Assembly (NCBI GenBank): GCA_951812995.1
Contig: CATOTD010000002.1
Span: 707,468 to 771,467, forward strand
Length of the DNA: 64,000 nucleotides
Source of the DNA: an uncultured Gammaproteobacteria bacterium
GTDB lineage: Bacteria; Pseudomonadota; Gammaproteobacteria; Eutrophobiales; Eutrophobiaceae
Direction of reading: 5' to 3'
In this document: piece after piece, positions 20,815-31,145 of the stretch
How positions within the stretch are numbered: position 1 is the stretch's first letter
Layout of the letters: the number at the start of each line of letters is the position of its first letter
The notes under the pieces: generated by a model
Databases searched by the model: none
What the model was told of the DNA's origin: nothing
What the model saw: only the letters and a program-made list of their open reading frames with translations
Position numbers and translations under genes: made by a program

Positions 20815-21305
20815 TAACGCTTCATGTAGTGTTGCAAGAGAGGGGCCCCGAACAGATATGTTTCTCCTCTTTTTACAAACGTCTTTGTATTAAAAGCGAC
20901 CGGCTTGGATAAATGTAACTTGGGTATTTCTATGATTAAAGTTCTTCCCTCTAATTGCAGAACAAGCTCAGAGAGTTTGATAAAATATTTATAGTGCGCC
21001 ATGAGCGATTGTTCAACTTCACTAGCGCCAATTGGAATATCCCCTAGAATATATGCGTACTCAGACAAATTGAATGTTTCCTGATTTTCTGCCTCAGCGA
21101 CAACATATTCATCTTTCTCACGCATATTGTGCAGTTGAGAATAATTTTTTTCAAACGTCTCTTTTGAATAAATATGTGCTTTAAGATATGTATACCCGCT
21201 AACAACAAGCACTGATAGTACGAATAAAATAAATAAAACAATATTGAAACATAAAATTATTTTTTTCATAGCTTGAGCCATAGCCATGGTTATTTTGAAA
21301 CCCAC
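20811..21305 (-). CDS. Hypothetical membrane-anchored protein (AT-rich islet, gene 1 of 2)
   Basis: 164 aa; N-terminal TM helix IILCFNIVLFILFVLSVLVV; no recognisable domain. Confidence 0.45.
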   Translation of the reverse strand: MGFKITMAMAQAMKKIILCFNIVLFILFVLSVLVVSGYTYLKAHIYSKETFEKNYSQLHNMREKDEYVVAEAENQETFNLSEYAYILGDIPIGASEVEQSLMAHYKYFIKLSELVLQLEGRTLIIEIPKLHLSKPVAFNTKTFVKRGETYLFGAPLLQHYMKRY

Positions 21306-22244
21306 TCAGGCAGGAAAAATATTGGTCGACAAATACCTGTCACCCCGATCACAGACAACCGAGACAATCATCGCATTTTCGACTTCTGCGGACAACTGCA
21401 ACGCAGCCGCCATTGCGCCACCTGCCGAAATGCCAGCAAAAATACCTTCCTTTGCGCCAAGTTCGCGGGTCATTTTTTCTGCCCGTTCTTGACCAATATC
21501 GATAATACGATCGACACGGGGCGGTTCATAAATCTTTGGCAGATATTGTGCTGGCCAACGCCGGATGCCGGGTATCTTGGAGCCTTCTTGCGGTTGCACA
21601 CCAATAATTTGTATATCTGGATTTTGCTCTTTTAAGTAACGCGAGGCGCCCATGATGGTACCTGTCGTGCCCATGGAACTGACAAAATGCGTAATCATGC
21701 CATTCGTATCATGCCAAATCTCCGGGCCGGTGCCTTCGTAATGCGCACGCGGATTATCCGGATTGGCAAATTGATCGAGTATTCTGCCTTTCCCTTCAGC
21801 TTCCATTGCGCGTGAGACATCAATGGCTTGTTCCATACTGCCGGCGGCGGGCGTTAATACAATCTCGGCACCAAAGGTCTTCATCACCGCACGGCGTTCG
21901 ACACTCATATTATCGGGCATGATCAAGATCATGCGATAACCACGGACAGCCGCCATCATGGCTAATGCAATACCGGTATTGCCGCTGGTGGCTTCTATCA
22001 ATGTATCACCAGGTTTTATGTCGCCGCGTTCTTCTGCGCATTTGATCATGCTAAGCGCTGGACGGTCTTTGACGGAACCGGCCGGATTATTGCCTTCCAT
22101 CTTGCCCAAGATCACATTACTCGTCTTACCCGGCAGACGTTGCAGTTTTATTAATGGCGTATTACCAATAAAAGATTCCAAGGTCTTAAAATCAGGCAGC
22201 TTATTTTGTTTGTGACCCACAGCCATTTTTTCAACGACATCCAC
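21306..22244 (-). CDS. cysM: Cysteine synthase B (O-acetylserine sulfhydrylase B)
   Basis: Aligns closely with E. coli CysM along its length (KMEGNNPAGSVKDRPALSMI, EATSGNTGIALAM, HFVSSMGTTGTI, GIRRWP). Confidence 0.9.
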   Translation of the reverse strand: MDVVEKMAVGHKQNKLPDFKTLESFIGNTPLIKLQRLPGKTSNVILGKMEGNNPAGSVKDRPALSMIKCAEERGDIKPGDTLIEATSGNTGIALAMMAAVRGYRMILIMPDNMSVERRAVMKTFGAEIVLTPAAGSMEQAIDVSRAMEAEGKGRILDQFANPDNPRAHYEGTGPEIWHDTNGMITHFVSSMGTTGTIMGASRYLKEQNPDIQIIGVQPQEGSKIPGIRRWPAQYLPKIYEPPRVDRIIDIGQERAEKMTRELGAKEGIFAGISAGGAMAAALQLSAEVENAMIVSVVCDRGDRYLSTNIFPA

Positions 22245-22716
22245 CGTCAGGCACGATTGTTTTTGCCAAGATCAGGGCATCTTCACGCCCCATCTTTGCA
22301 GGATAATAATTGCGCCGCACCCCTATCTCGGCAAAGCCATGTTCAAGATAAAGCCGGATAGCGGGAAAGTTTGATGGCCGAACTTCGAGGAAGATCGTGT
22401 TTGCATGGTGTTCTACTGCCAAGTCTAATAGATGTGCCAACAGTTTTGTGCCAAGACCAAGTGACTGATAAACAGAATGGATACACAAGTTTAAAAGATG
22501 CGATTCACCCGCAACGACTGACATGATGCCATAACCTGCCAAGATGCCATCGCGTTCTACAACCCAACAACAATAGCCAACATGCAAACAATCCTTAAAG
22601 ATAGTCGGTGTCCAAGGGTAATGATAGGCTTGCTCTTCAATCGCCATGATAAGTTCAAGGTCTTCTTCCTGCATCGGCCTCAGCGCTACTGCTGCCTCTT
22701 TGAGGACGGCGTTCAT
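22231..22716 (-). CDS. rimI: Ribosomal-protein-alanine N-acetyltransferase
   Basis: 161 aa; GNAT fold; RimI-like motifs (IEEQAYHYPWT, LLNLCIHSVYQSLGLGTKLL). Confidence 0.8.
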   Translation of the reverse strand: MNAVLKEAAVALRPMQEEDLELIMAIEEQAYHYPWTPTIFKDCLHVGYCCWVVERDGILAGYGIMSVVAGESHLLNLCIHSVYQSLGLGTKLLAHLLDLAVEHHANTIFLEVRPSNFPAIRLYLEHGFAEIGVRRNYYPAKMGREDALILAKTIVPDGGCR

Positions 22717-23420
22717 GTCATTGCCTTATAGGTTTGCATTGCGAATTTAAGATCTGCCCATACCTTGCGTTTTTCGCGCGGCGACCGCAGTAGATAGGCC
22801 GGATGGTAGGTCACAACAACCGGCAGATCACTGCCTGGGCACGGGTAACAGTGCCCACGCATCTTGCCAATAGGCGTGTCCGACTTTAACAAATTTTGTG
22901 CCGCTACCCGCCCTACTGCCAATATTATTTTTGGTTTTATTAAACTTAGCTGTTGCCGTAGATAAGATTCACAGGCGATGACTTCATCGGGTTTAGGGTC
23001 GCGATTATGCGGTGGTCTGCATTTTAATATATTGGCAATAAATACTTGTTTTCTGCGTAAACCGATTGCCAACAGCATTGCATTTAATAATTGTCCAGCT
23101 CGACCCACAAACGGTTCTCCCTGACGATCTTCATCCGCACCAGGTGCTTCACCAATCACAAACCAGTCCGCATCAGGATCCCCAACGCCAAACACAGTTT
23201 GGGTACGTGATTCATGCAAACTGCATTGCTGACATATAGCCACTTTTTGTGCCAGACTGTTCAATTCAGCAGTGAATACAGGCATTATGTTATCTGGTTT
23301 TAGTATACTTTCTGTGTTGTCTTCTATGCTGATATTTTGTCTCGTAGCAACAGGCGCTTTTTTGTCTAACCAGACGGCAATGTCCATTTCCTGCAGATAT
23401 TGTCGTTGATGTGATTTCAT
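22713..23420 (-). CDS. Uracil-DNA glycosylase family 4 (phage-type, Fe-S containing)
   Basis: GEAPGADEDRQGEPFVGRAGQLL motif; cysteines near the N-terminus. Confidence 0.8.
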   Translation of the reverse strand: MKSHQRQYLQEMDIAVWLDKKAPVATRQNISIEDNTESILKPDNIMPVFTAELNSLAQKVAICQQCSLHESRTQTVFGVGDPDADWFVIGEAPGADEDRQGEPFVGRAGQLLNAMLLAIGLRRKQVFIANILKCRPPHNRDPKPDEVIACESYLRQQLSLIKPKIILAVGRVAAQNLLKSDTPIGKMRGHCYPCPGSDLPVVVTYHPAYLLRSPREKRKVWADLKFAMQTYKAMT

Positions 23421-23429
23421 AATCGTAGA

Positions 23430-24965
23430 TTAGACCTGTGGGTGTGCCCGCTCGCGTTCGCTAAACACTTTATTCAGTGCATTGATATAGGCCTTGGCAG
23501 AGGCGGTTACAATATCGGTATCCGCACCCAAACCGTTGACAATACGCCCATTCTTATCAACACGCACGGTTACCTCACCTTGCGAGTCAGTCCCTGTAGT
23601 GATGTTATTTACTGAATAGAGTTGTAAATTACAACCACTCTTGACCAGACTTTCGATGGCTTTGAAGGTCGCATCAACCGGACCACTGCCTTCGGCACTG
23701 GCCTGTTTTTTCACGCCATCGATAAAAAACGTAATCTCTGCCTTGGGTGCTTTGCCTGTCTCAATATTCGCCTTAAGTGATATGAATTTAATCCATTCAT
23801 CAGCCCCTTCCTGGATAGCATCACTGACCAGAGCCTGTAAATCATCATCGAAGATCTCATGTTTTTTATCCGCTAATGCCTTAAATCGCGCAAATGTTGC
23901 ATTCAAGTCTGCTTCGTTATCAAACTTGATGCCCAGATCTTCCAGCCGTGTACGAAATGCATTACGCCCAGAGTGTTTACCTAAAATCATGCGGTTGGCA
24001 TTACAGCCAACATCTTCTGCACGCATGATTTCATAGGTCTTGCGACTTTTCAAAACACCGTCTTGATGGATACCTGCTTCATGGGCAAAGGCATTCGCAC
24101 CCACAATGGCCTTATTCGGTTGCACTGGAAAACCCGTTATCGTCGAAACCAGGCGCGAGCAGTGCATGATTTGGGTGGTATCGAGGGTCGTATCACAACT
24201 AAAAATATCTCTGCGTGTACGAACGGCCATCACCACTTCCTCAAGCGCCGCATTACCCGCACGTTCGCCTAAACCATTAATCGTGCATTCCACTTGCCGA
24301 GCACCATGCAAGACAGCCGCTAACGAATTACCGACCGCCAAACCAAGATCATTATGACAATGTACGGAAAAAACAGCCTTGTCGGCATTTGGAATATTGT
24401 CAATCAATCGGCCCACCAAATCACCAAAAAACTGTGGCAAGTTGTATCCAACGGTATCCGGGATATTAATCGTCGTGGCACCAGCATCAATGACGGCTTC
24501 AATGACACGGCATAAAAAATCAAATTCTGACCGTCCGGCATCTTCAGGCGAAAACTCAACATTGTTGGTATAGTTTCTGGCACGCTTTACCGAATGCATC
24601 GCCTGTGCCACGACTTGATCGGGTTCCATGCGCAATTTTTCGCGCATGTGGATAGGTGAAGTGGCGAGGAATGTATGGATGCGGGATGATCGGGCCGACT
24701 TCAATGCCTCGGCGGCACGATCAATGTCCTTGTCCAGTGCCCGCGCCAAACCACACACGGTACTGTCTGTGATTAACTCAGCGACGGCCTTTACTGCCTC
24801 AAAGTCGCCTTCGCTCGCAACCGGGAAACCAGCTTCTATGATATCGACACGCATTTTCTCCAACGCCTTGGCAATACGAAGTTTTTCATCCTTCGTCATT
24901 GAGGCCCCCGGGCTTTGCTCACCATCGCGCAAAGTCGTATCAAAAATAATTAATCTATCGTTCAT
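23430..24965 (-). CDS. leuA: 2-isopropylmalate synthase
   Basis: 511 aa; N-terminus [23 protein letters not shown]; HMGL-like TIM barrel plus LeuA dimerisation domain. Confidence 0.95.
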   Translation of the reverse strand: MNDRLIIFDTTLRDGEQSPGASMTKDEKLRIAKALEKMRVDIIEAGFPVASEGDFEAVKAVAELITDSTVCGLARALDKDIDRAAEALKSARSSRIHTFLATSPIHMREKLRMEPDQVVAQAMHSVKRARNYTNNVEFSPEDAGRSEFDFLCRVIEAVIDAGATTINIPDTVGYNLPQFFGDLVGRLIDNIPNADKAVFSVHCHNDLGLAVGNSLAAVLHGARQVECTINGLGERAGNAALEEVVMAVRTRRDIFSCDTTLDTTQIMHCSRLVSTITGFPVQPNKAIVGANAFAHEAGIHQDGVLKSRKTYEIMRAEDVGCNANRMILGKHSGRNAFRTRLEDLGIKFDNEADLNATFARFKALADKKHEIFDDDLQALVSDAIQEGADEWIKFISLKANIETGKAPKAEITFFIDGVKKQASAEGSGPVDATFKAIESLVKSGCNLQLYSVNNITTGTDSQGEVTVRVDKNGRIVNGLGADTDIVTASAKAYINALNKVFSERERAHPQV

Positions 24966-25204
24966 TTACTCTACTACTCCAAAACGTAATGCCCAGTCAG
25001 GTTAAGCGATTAGGCAATTCAAACAAGAAACGCGCGTACTAAATAGACGCAATATGACAACTTATTTTAAAAAATAGATATGCCCCTCAGGGCAGGAGTA
25101 GTAACGGGTACAGCCGCATAACTTGTGCGTTTGTACACGTATACTGTGAAATACGATGTGTATAAATATTCATTATCGAAAATATAGCGGCATTCAAATC
25201 AAAT

Positions 25205-25957
25205 TCAAGTGTTTCTTTCATCCCCGTCGTTGATCTTTCTCGACGCACGATGCTTATGTAATAAAAATAATGTCATGATGGGGCCTGAAGCAGCATACGA
25301 TAATGTTATGATACATAAAACCAGCGGTGGTTCGACCGCGATAAAGACAAAGACCGGAATAACAACCAACACGGCCATGAATGGGACTTTGCCCTTGAGA
25401 TCGAACTGTTTGAAGCTGTGATAACGAATATTACTGACCATCAAAATACCCATTAGAATCGTAAGCGGCAAACAAAATACAATCACGGCCCTATCTTCGA
25501 TGAAACCGTAACTGCTACCAAACCAGATCATGCCGGCCAAAACGGCCGCCGCCGCAGGACTCGGCAGTCCTTGAAAAAAACGTTTGTCAATATTGGCAAC
25601 TTGTGTATTAAACCGGGCCAGTCTTAACGCGGCTGAGGCCGTATAGACAAATGCCGCCAGCCAACCCAATTTCCCAATATCGGACAAGGTCCATTGATAC
25701 ATTATCAATGCCGGTGCCAGGCCGAAGGAAACCATATCGGATAAACTATCGTATTGCATACCAAAATCGCTGGTGGTGTTGGTTAGACGTGCAATACGTC
25801 CATCCATGCCATCTAACACCATAGCGACAAAGATAGCGATTGCTGCCGGTTCAAATTGTTTATTCATCGCCGCAACGATGGCATAAAAACCCGCAAATAA
25901 CGCGCCTGTCGTGAACAGGTTGGGCAACAAATAAATGCCACGTCTATGACTTGTCAC
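25205..25957 (-). CDS. pssA: CDP-diacylglycerol--serine O-phosphatidyltransferase (CDP-alcohol phosphatidyltransferase family)
   Basis: 250 aa; LPNLFTTGALFAGFYAI..DGMDGRIAR motif. Confidence 0.85.
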   Translation of the reverse strand: MTSHRRGIYLLPNLFTTGALFAGFYAIVAAMNKQFEPAAIAIFVAMVLDGMDGRIARLTNTTSDFGMQYDSLSDMVSFGLAPALIMYQWTLSDIGKLGWLAAFVYTASAALRLARFNTQVANIDKRFFQGLPSPAAAAVLAGMIWFGSSYGFIEDRAVIVFCLPLTILMGILMVSNIRYHSFKQFDLKGKVPFMAVLVVIPVFVFIAVEPPLVLCIITLSYAASGPIMTLFLLHKHRASRKINDGDERNT

Positions 25958-26125
25958 GCTGTTCTATTCTCATATATCGGTCTTGGTAACTCCGTGTAGC
26001 CCAAAATGATGCCACTGCCACACCATCATTAAGATACGGTAAAACCGCATAATAGCGTATTTTCCCAACTTCTAAAACGCATACCGAGACATGAATTTGA
26101 GTCGTTGATCAAGCAGTACCATTGC

Positions 26126-26310
26126 GGGCGGCTAGCCAGCGGGTGGCGGACGGTTCACTGCCAGCCCCGGTCAACATAACAACAAGCCAGCGGATAGTGG
26201 GCGGCTCACTGCCGACCCTGGTCAACCCAATGACAGGCCAGCGGGATGCTGGTAAGGCTGAGTATTATGGCGAACCAGTGGCGGATGGCTCACTACCGAC
26301 CCCGGTCAAT
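26126..26310. repeat. Three direct copies of a ~40-bp unit (CCAGCGGRTRGTGGSGGMYGGYTCACTRCCRRCCCYGGTCAAY); the third carries a 31-bp insert
   Basis: Units start near 26136, 26196 and 26237/26279; located between the catalase 3' end and the pssA start. Confidence 0.7.
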
Positions 26311-26342
26311 GCGTATGCGTCGGCCTTGCCTTGCGCGCCCGT

Positions 26343-27776
26343 TTACATGCCCAAGGCCTTTGCAACCCCCGCCCCATACTCTGGGTCGGCCTTGGCACAG
26401 TGTGCGATATGACGTTGTTTCACCGCATCGGTCACGCCTGTCATTGCCGCTGCCGTGTTATTAAATAACGCTTGCTGTTGCGCGGGTGTCATCAGACGAA
26501 ATAGCGCCCCAGGCTGTGAGAAGTAATCATCGTCATCCTCACGATGATCCCAGTGTGCGGCAGTGCCAGACAACGCCAGTGGTGGTTCAGAAAAATCCGG
26601 TTGTTCGGCCCACTCGCCCTGATTGTTTGGTTCATGGCCTACTGTGCCGCCAAAATTACCATCGACTCGCATCGCCCCATCACGATGATAGCTATGCACA
26701 GGACAACGAGGCGCATTCACTGGTATCTGCAGATGATTCACGCCCAAACGATACCGCTGCGCATCGCCGTAGGAGAATAATCTACCCTGTAACATCTTAT
26801 CGGGCGAAAAACTGATACCAGGCACTACGTTTGCCGGATTAAAGGCTGCTTGCTCAACTTCTGCAAAGAAATTTTCCGGATTTTTGTTTAACTCCATCGT
26901 ACCCACTGCAAGCAAAGGGTAATCGGCATGGGGCCATATTTTAGTCAGATCAAACGGATTGAATGGACAATTTTGTGCCTGCTCATCTGTCATGATCTGA
27001 ATCTTTAAGGTCCAGGATGGATAATCGCCATTCTCGATAGACTCATATAGATCACGTTGATGACTCTCACGATCTTGACCAATCAACACGGCTGCTGCTT
27101 CATTATCAAGATTCTCAATACCTTGCTTGCATTTGAAGTGAAATTTCACCCAAATCCGTTCGTTTTTATCATTAATCATGCTAAAGGTATGACTGCCGAA
27201 ACCGTGCATATTGCGATACGTTTTTGGTATGCCTCGATCACTCATCACGATGGTGACTTGATGTAGTGCTTCTGGCAAAGATGTCCAAAAATCCCAGTTA
27301 TTTTGCGCGCTACGCATGTTAGTGCGTGGGTCGCGCTTAACAGCATGATTCAAATCTGGAAACTTCAATGGATCCCGTAAAAAAAATACCGGCGTATTGT
27401 TGCCAACTAAATCCCAATTCCCTTCTTCGGTATAAAATTTAACGGCAAAGCCACGAATATCGCGTTCTGCATCAGCCGCACCACGTTCACCCGCAACGGT
27501 CGTGAAACGAGCAAACAGCGCGGTTTTTTTACCGACTTCCGAGAAAATACTGGCACGCGTGTATTGTGTAATATCATGCGTAACAGTAAACGTACCATAC
27601 GCACCCGAACCTTTTGCGTGCATGCGGCGCTCCGGAATGACTTCGCGATCAAAATGCGCCAGCTTTTCAAGAAACCAGACATCCTGTAATAATTGCGGGC
27701 CACGCGACCCGGCCGTCAATACGTTTTGATTATCAGCAACCGGACAACCCGCCGCTGTGGTTAATTTTTTGCTCAT
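26343..27776 (-). CDS. katA: Monofunctional haem catalase (clade 3, KatA-like)
   Basis: Start at [10 protein letters not shown]; catalase core motifs RERIPERVVHAKG-like ([12 protein letters not shown]), FDRERIPER region. Confidence 0.9.
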   Translation of the reverse strand: MSKKLTTAAGCPVADNQNVLTAGSRGPQLLQDVWFLEKLAHFDREVIPERRMHAKGSGAYGTFTVTHDITQYTRASIFSEVGKKTALFARFTTVAGERGAADAERDIRGFAVKFYTEEGNWDLVGNNTPVFFLRDPLKFPDLNHAVKRDPRTNMRSAQNNWDFWTSLPEALHQVTIVMSDRGIPKTYRNMHGFGSHTFSMINDKNERIWVKFHFKCKQGIENLDNEAAAVLIGQDRESHQRDLYESIENGDYPSWTLKIQIMTDEQAQNCPFNPFDLTKIWPHADYPLLAVGTMELNKNPENFFAEVEQAAFNPANVVPGISFSPDKMLQGRLFSYGDAQRYRLGVNHLQIPVNAPRCPVHSYHRDGAMRVDGNFGGTVGHEPNNQGEWAEQPDFSEPPLALSGTAAHWDHREDDDDYFSQPGALFRLMTPAQQQALFNNTAAAMTGVTDAVKQRHIAHCAKADPEYGAGVAKALGM

Positions 27777-28022
27777 AGATAGTCTCCAAATGTTTAGGAA
27801 AAATACTACAAAATGCACAAGTATATTGATAATTGATTTTTTGTATTACGCTAATAGTAGAAAATTATTAGTATTCAGGGTTATACAATCTGCATTTGCT
27901 CATCTTGGCATGCGTCCATGCTTGATGTTTTTCTTACAATTTACCACCACTGATAATTGCGGTTATTTAGCATTGCCAGGCCCGCACTGATAGACTCTCG
28001 TCTATAACGCCTAATACCATAA

Positions 28023-29378
28023 ATGAACGACATTATTGAACAAGATCCTGAATTGACTGTTATCGACTCATTGCATGAGGCACTCGCACAGAACGACCAC
28101 GAACTTGCGCGTAGTGTCGTGGCCGAGTTGCATCCATCTGAGATTGCCGATGTCATTGAAAGCCTGCCAAGTCGGGCGCGCGATAACGTTTGGCACTTAA
28201 TCAATCCCGCACAGGAAGGCGATGTGCTCTCTCATTTACAAGACTCAGTGCGATCTGAATTCCTTGAACAAATACCGCCCGATAAACTCGCGGATGCGAC
28301 TAAAAATCTCGATGCAGATGATGTTGCAGATATATTGCAAGACTTACCAGATGCGCTTGCCAACAACGTCCTGCACGCAATGGATGAACAGAATTTACAA
28401 CGTCTGGCATCCGTTCTGACTTACCCTGAAGATACCGCGGGCGGCTTGATGAATATTGATGTGATCTCCGTACGTGCTGATGTATCGCTGGAGGCCGTTG
28501 CACGCTACATGCGCTTGTTGGCGGATATACCACCCAAAACTGACAACCTGATGGTTGTTGATCGCGACAATCATTATCTAGGCGTATTGCCCTTGACAAA
28601 ATTATTGGTCAAAGCACCAGAGACCACTGTGGATACCTGGATGGAAGAGGAACCTTGTCTGCCGACCAACATGCCTAAAGCAGAAGTGGCAAAAATTTTC
28701 GAACAACGCGATCTGGTCTCTGCTGCTGTCATTGATGACGAAGGCCGTCTACTAGGGCGTATCACCATCGATGACGTTGTTGATGTGATCCAGGCAGCCG
28801 CCGAACAAGCCGTCCGCAGCATGGCCGGCTTAGGTGAAGATGATATGTTTTCACCCGTATTAGTCACCACAAAACGGCGCGCTATCTGGCTCGGTATCAA
28901 TCTCATGACGGCCTTTCTTGCGGCCTGGGTCATTGGTCAGTTTGAAGACACCATCCGCGAACTTGTCGCACTCGCTGTACTCATGCCGGTGGTCGCGGGC
29001 ATGGGCGGCATCGCGGGCAGCCAAACCTTGACCATCGCCATTCGCGGTATTGCGCTAGGGCAAATCGTTAAAGCCAATATCAAACCACTGCTGAAAAAAG
29101 AACTCACTGTCAGCATCTTCAATGGGATGCTCTGGTCATGCGTCGTAGCCGGCATCGTCATCGTCTGGTTTGATAATCCATTCCTTGGCTTGATCATTGG
29201 CATTGCCATCATCATCAACCTCATCATCGCCGCCTTTGCGGGTGCTATCATTCCGCTGGCACTCAGACGCTACGGCATTGATCCGGCGATTGCAGGTGGC
29301 GTGATCTTGACCACGGTAACGGATGTTGTCGGGTTTATGTCATTTCTGGGTCTTGCGACTATTTTTCTTGTTGCCTAG
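28023..29378 (+). CDS. mgtE: Magnesium transporter MgtE
   Basis: 451 aa; MgtE N-domain, tandem CBS domains and a C-terminal five-helix MgtE membrane domain. Confidence 0.9.
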   Translation: MNDIIEQDPELTVIDSLHEALAQNDHELARSVVAELHPSEIADVIESLPSRARDNVWHLINPAQEGDVLSHLQDSVRSEFLEQIPPDKLADATKNLDADDVADILQDLPDALANNVLHAMDEQNLQRLASVLTYPEDTAGGLMNIDVISVRADVSLEAVARYMRLLADIPPKTDNLMVVDRDNHYLGVLPLTKLLVKAPETTVDTWMEEEPCLPTNMPKAEVAKIFEQRDLVSAAVIDDEGRLLGRITIDDVVDVIQAAAEQAVRSMAGLGEDDMFSPVLVTTKRRAIWLGINLMTAFLAAWVIGQFEDTIRELVALAVLMPVVAGMGGIAGSQTLTIAIRGIALGQIVKANIKPLLKKELTVSIFNGMLWSCVVAGIVIVWFDNPFLGLIIGIAIIINLIIAAFAGAIIPLALRRYGIDPAIAGGVILTTVTDVVGFMSFLGLATIFLVA

Positions 29379-29479
29379 ATAACATGTTTGTTTAGTCCAC
29401 AAGTAATGCGCTATGGCATGACACTGGATGCCGACGCAAGCACTGCCTATAATGCGTTATAATAACTAGGGGAGGCACT

Positions 29480-30391
29480 ATGAAGTTTGATAATATTCTA
29501 CAAGCGATCGGTAACACACCGCATATCGCAATCAATAAACTCTTCCGCGACGATCTTACGGTATGGATGAAAACAGAGAGCTTTAATCCCTGTAGCAGCA
29601 TTAAAGATCGTATTGCAAAAGCCATGATCGAAGATGCAGAAGCGCAAGGACTCCTGCACAAGGACACGGTGATTATCGAACCCACTTCGGGTAATACCGG
29701 TATTGGATTGGCGCTGGTCGCAGCAGTCAAGGGTTATCGTCTGATACTGACCATGCCGGAATCGATGTCGATTGAAAGACGGAAGTATATGCAAGCACTG
29801 GGTGCCGAACTCGTGTTGACACCAAAAGAATTGGGTATGGGCGGCACGATTGCGAAAGCAAAGGAAATACTCGCTGAGCACCCGCATGGATGGATGCCGC
29901 AACAGTTTGAAAATCCAGCGAATGTCCAAATACACAAAGACACGACCGCACAAGAGATCCTGGCCGATTTTCCAGACGGCATTGACTACATGATTACGGG
30001 TGTGGGCACGGGTGGACATATCACGGGTTGTGCCGAAGTTTTGAAGGCACGGTTTCCAAGTCTGCAAGTCTTTGCGGTTGAACCCGAAAAATCCCCCGTG
30101 ATTAGTGGCGGCGAAAAAGGCTTACACCGACTGCAAGGCATTGGTGCTGGTTTTGTGCCTGACATACTTGACGTAGATATCCTGGACGGCACCATTCAGG
30201 TTTCCGAAGAACATTCGTTTGCAATGGCACGGCGCTGTGCGAAAGAAGAAGGCATCTTTATTGGCATCTCTTCTGGCGCAACACTGGCCGCAGTAAAACA
30301 AAAAGAAAATGACATGATCGCTGGCAGTCGTGTCTTGATCTTCAGCTATGATTCTGGCGAACGCTATCTTTCGATAGCAGATTTATTCTAG
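29480..30391 (+). CDS. cysK: Cysteine synthase A family protein (PLP-dependent O-acetylserine sulfhydrylase paralogue)
   Basis: Aligns with CysK ([43 protein letters not shown]). The lysine-loop region reads NPCSSIKDR rather than the canonical sequence. Confidence 0.8.
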   Translation: MKFDNILQAIGNTPHIAINKLFRDDLTVWMKTESFNPCSSIKDRIAKAMIEDAEAQGLLHKDTVIIEPTSGNTGIGLALVAAVKGYRLILTMPESMSIERRKYMQALGAELVLTPKELGMGGTIAKAKEILAEHPHGWMPQQFENPANVQIHKDTTAQEILADFPDGIDYMITGVGTGGHITGCAEVLKARFPSLQVFAVEPEKSPVISGGEKGLHRLQGIGAGFVPDILDVDILDGTIQVSEEHSFAMARRCAKEEGIFIGISSGATLAAVKQKENDMIAGSRVLIFSYDSGERYLSIADLF

Positions 30392-30473
30392 CCTGGATAT
30401 GACGAGACCACTGCACAAAACAGCGCACCGCGAGAGGTATTTATAATAATGATACTTATATAAGGGGAAAATA

Positions 30474-30761
30474 ATGTTACATAAAATAATCATTGCGGTC
30501 TTAGCCGTGCTGATAACTTTACCGGTTGCAGCCGACAGCTTTCGTTTGCGTTCTGGCAAATTGCTGTATACCGGAATGCACGAAACGGAGCTGTATCGCC
30601 TGGTCGGGCCGCTCAAGCGACACGTCACAGAGGGTTCTGTTTACAACAAAAGGAAACGCAATTGGGCTATCCGTGAATGGTTGCAATATCGATTAAAAAA
30701 TAAAGATGTTTATATTTGGCTGGAGAACGGCAAAATAGCGGAGATTGAAGCGCGGCGGTAG
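30474..30761 (+). CDS. Small secreted protein, DUF2845-like
   Basis: Signal peptide MLHKIIIAVLAVLITLPVAA; pattern SGKL..G..E..L...GP...EW.Y...V...NGKI.EIE. Confidence 0.55.
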   Translation: MLHKIIIAVLAVLITLPVAADSFRLRSGKLLYTGMHETELYRLVGPLKRHVTEGSVYNKRKRNWAIREWLQYRLKNKDVYIWLENGKIAEIEARR

Positions 30762-30774
30762 GGTGTGGGCTGAC

Positions 30775-31120
30775 ACCCGACATTGTGCCTACAAGAGGTC
30801 AGATGCAGCATGTTATTAGCCAGCCCCTCAACACCCTGTTTGATTACCCGCAGGATATGCACAAGGCAATCTATACCACCAACGCCATTGCATCGCTCAA
30901 CAGCGTCATCAGGAAAGCCATCAAAAAACGTAAGTTGTTTCCAACCGACGACGCTACCAGAAAGGTGAGCTATCTGGCGATTCAAGATGCATCAAAGCAG
31001 TGGACTATGCCGATTAAATATTGGCAACCAGCGATGAATCGCTTTATGATCGAATTCGAAGACCGACTAAAGGACTTCGTTTAAGCAACGGCAGTTACAC
31101 AGAATTTGGGAAAGGCTCGG
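30775..31120 (+). mobile_element. C-terminal fragment of the second IS256-like element
   Basis: ORF 30785-31084 ends ..LFDYPQDMHKAIYTTNAIASLNSVIRKAIKKRKLFPTDDATRKVSYLAIQDASKQWTMPIKYW.., near-identical to 57860-58198; element end ..GGCTCG abuts a partial head motif at 31121-31137. Confidence 0.8.
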
Positions 31121-31145
31121 CTTTAGTGCAAAGGTCGCATTCATT

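Noticed and set aside
26122-26412. 96-aa plus-strand ORF spanning the ~40-bp direct repeats
   Set aside because: Its periodic amino-acid sequence is generated by the DNA repeats (RVADGSLPAPVN..RIVGGSLPTLVN..); no start context, and it overlaps the catalase 3' end.
29498-30067. 189-aa minus-strand ORF antisense to cysK (and similar antisense ORFs inside polA, leuA, nnr, ccmF and the IS copies)
   Set aside because: They lie wholly inside well-supported genes on the opposite strand, with no homology signal; typical antisense ORFs of moderately GC-rich coding DNA.
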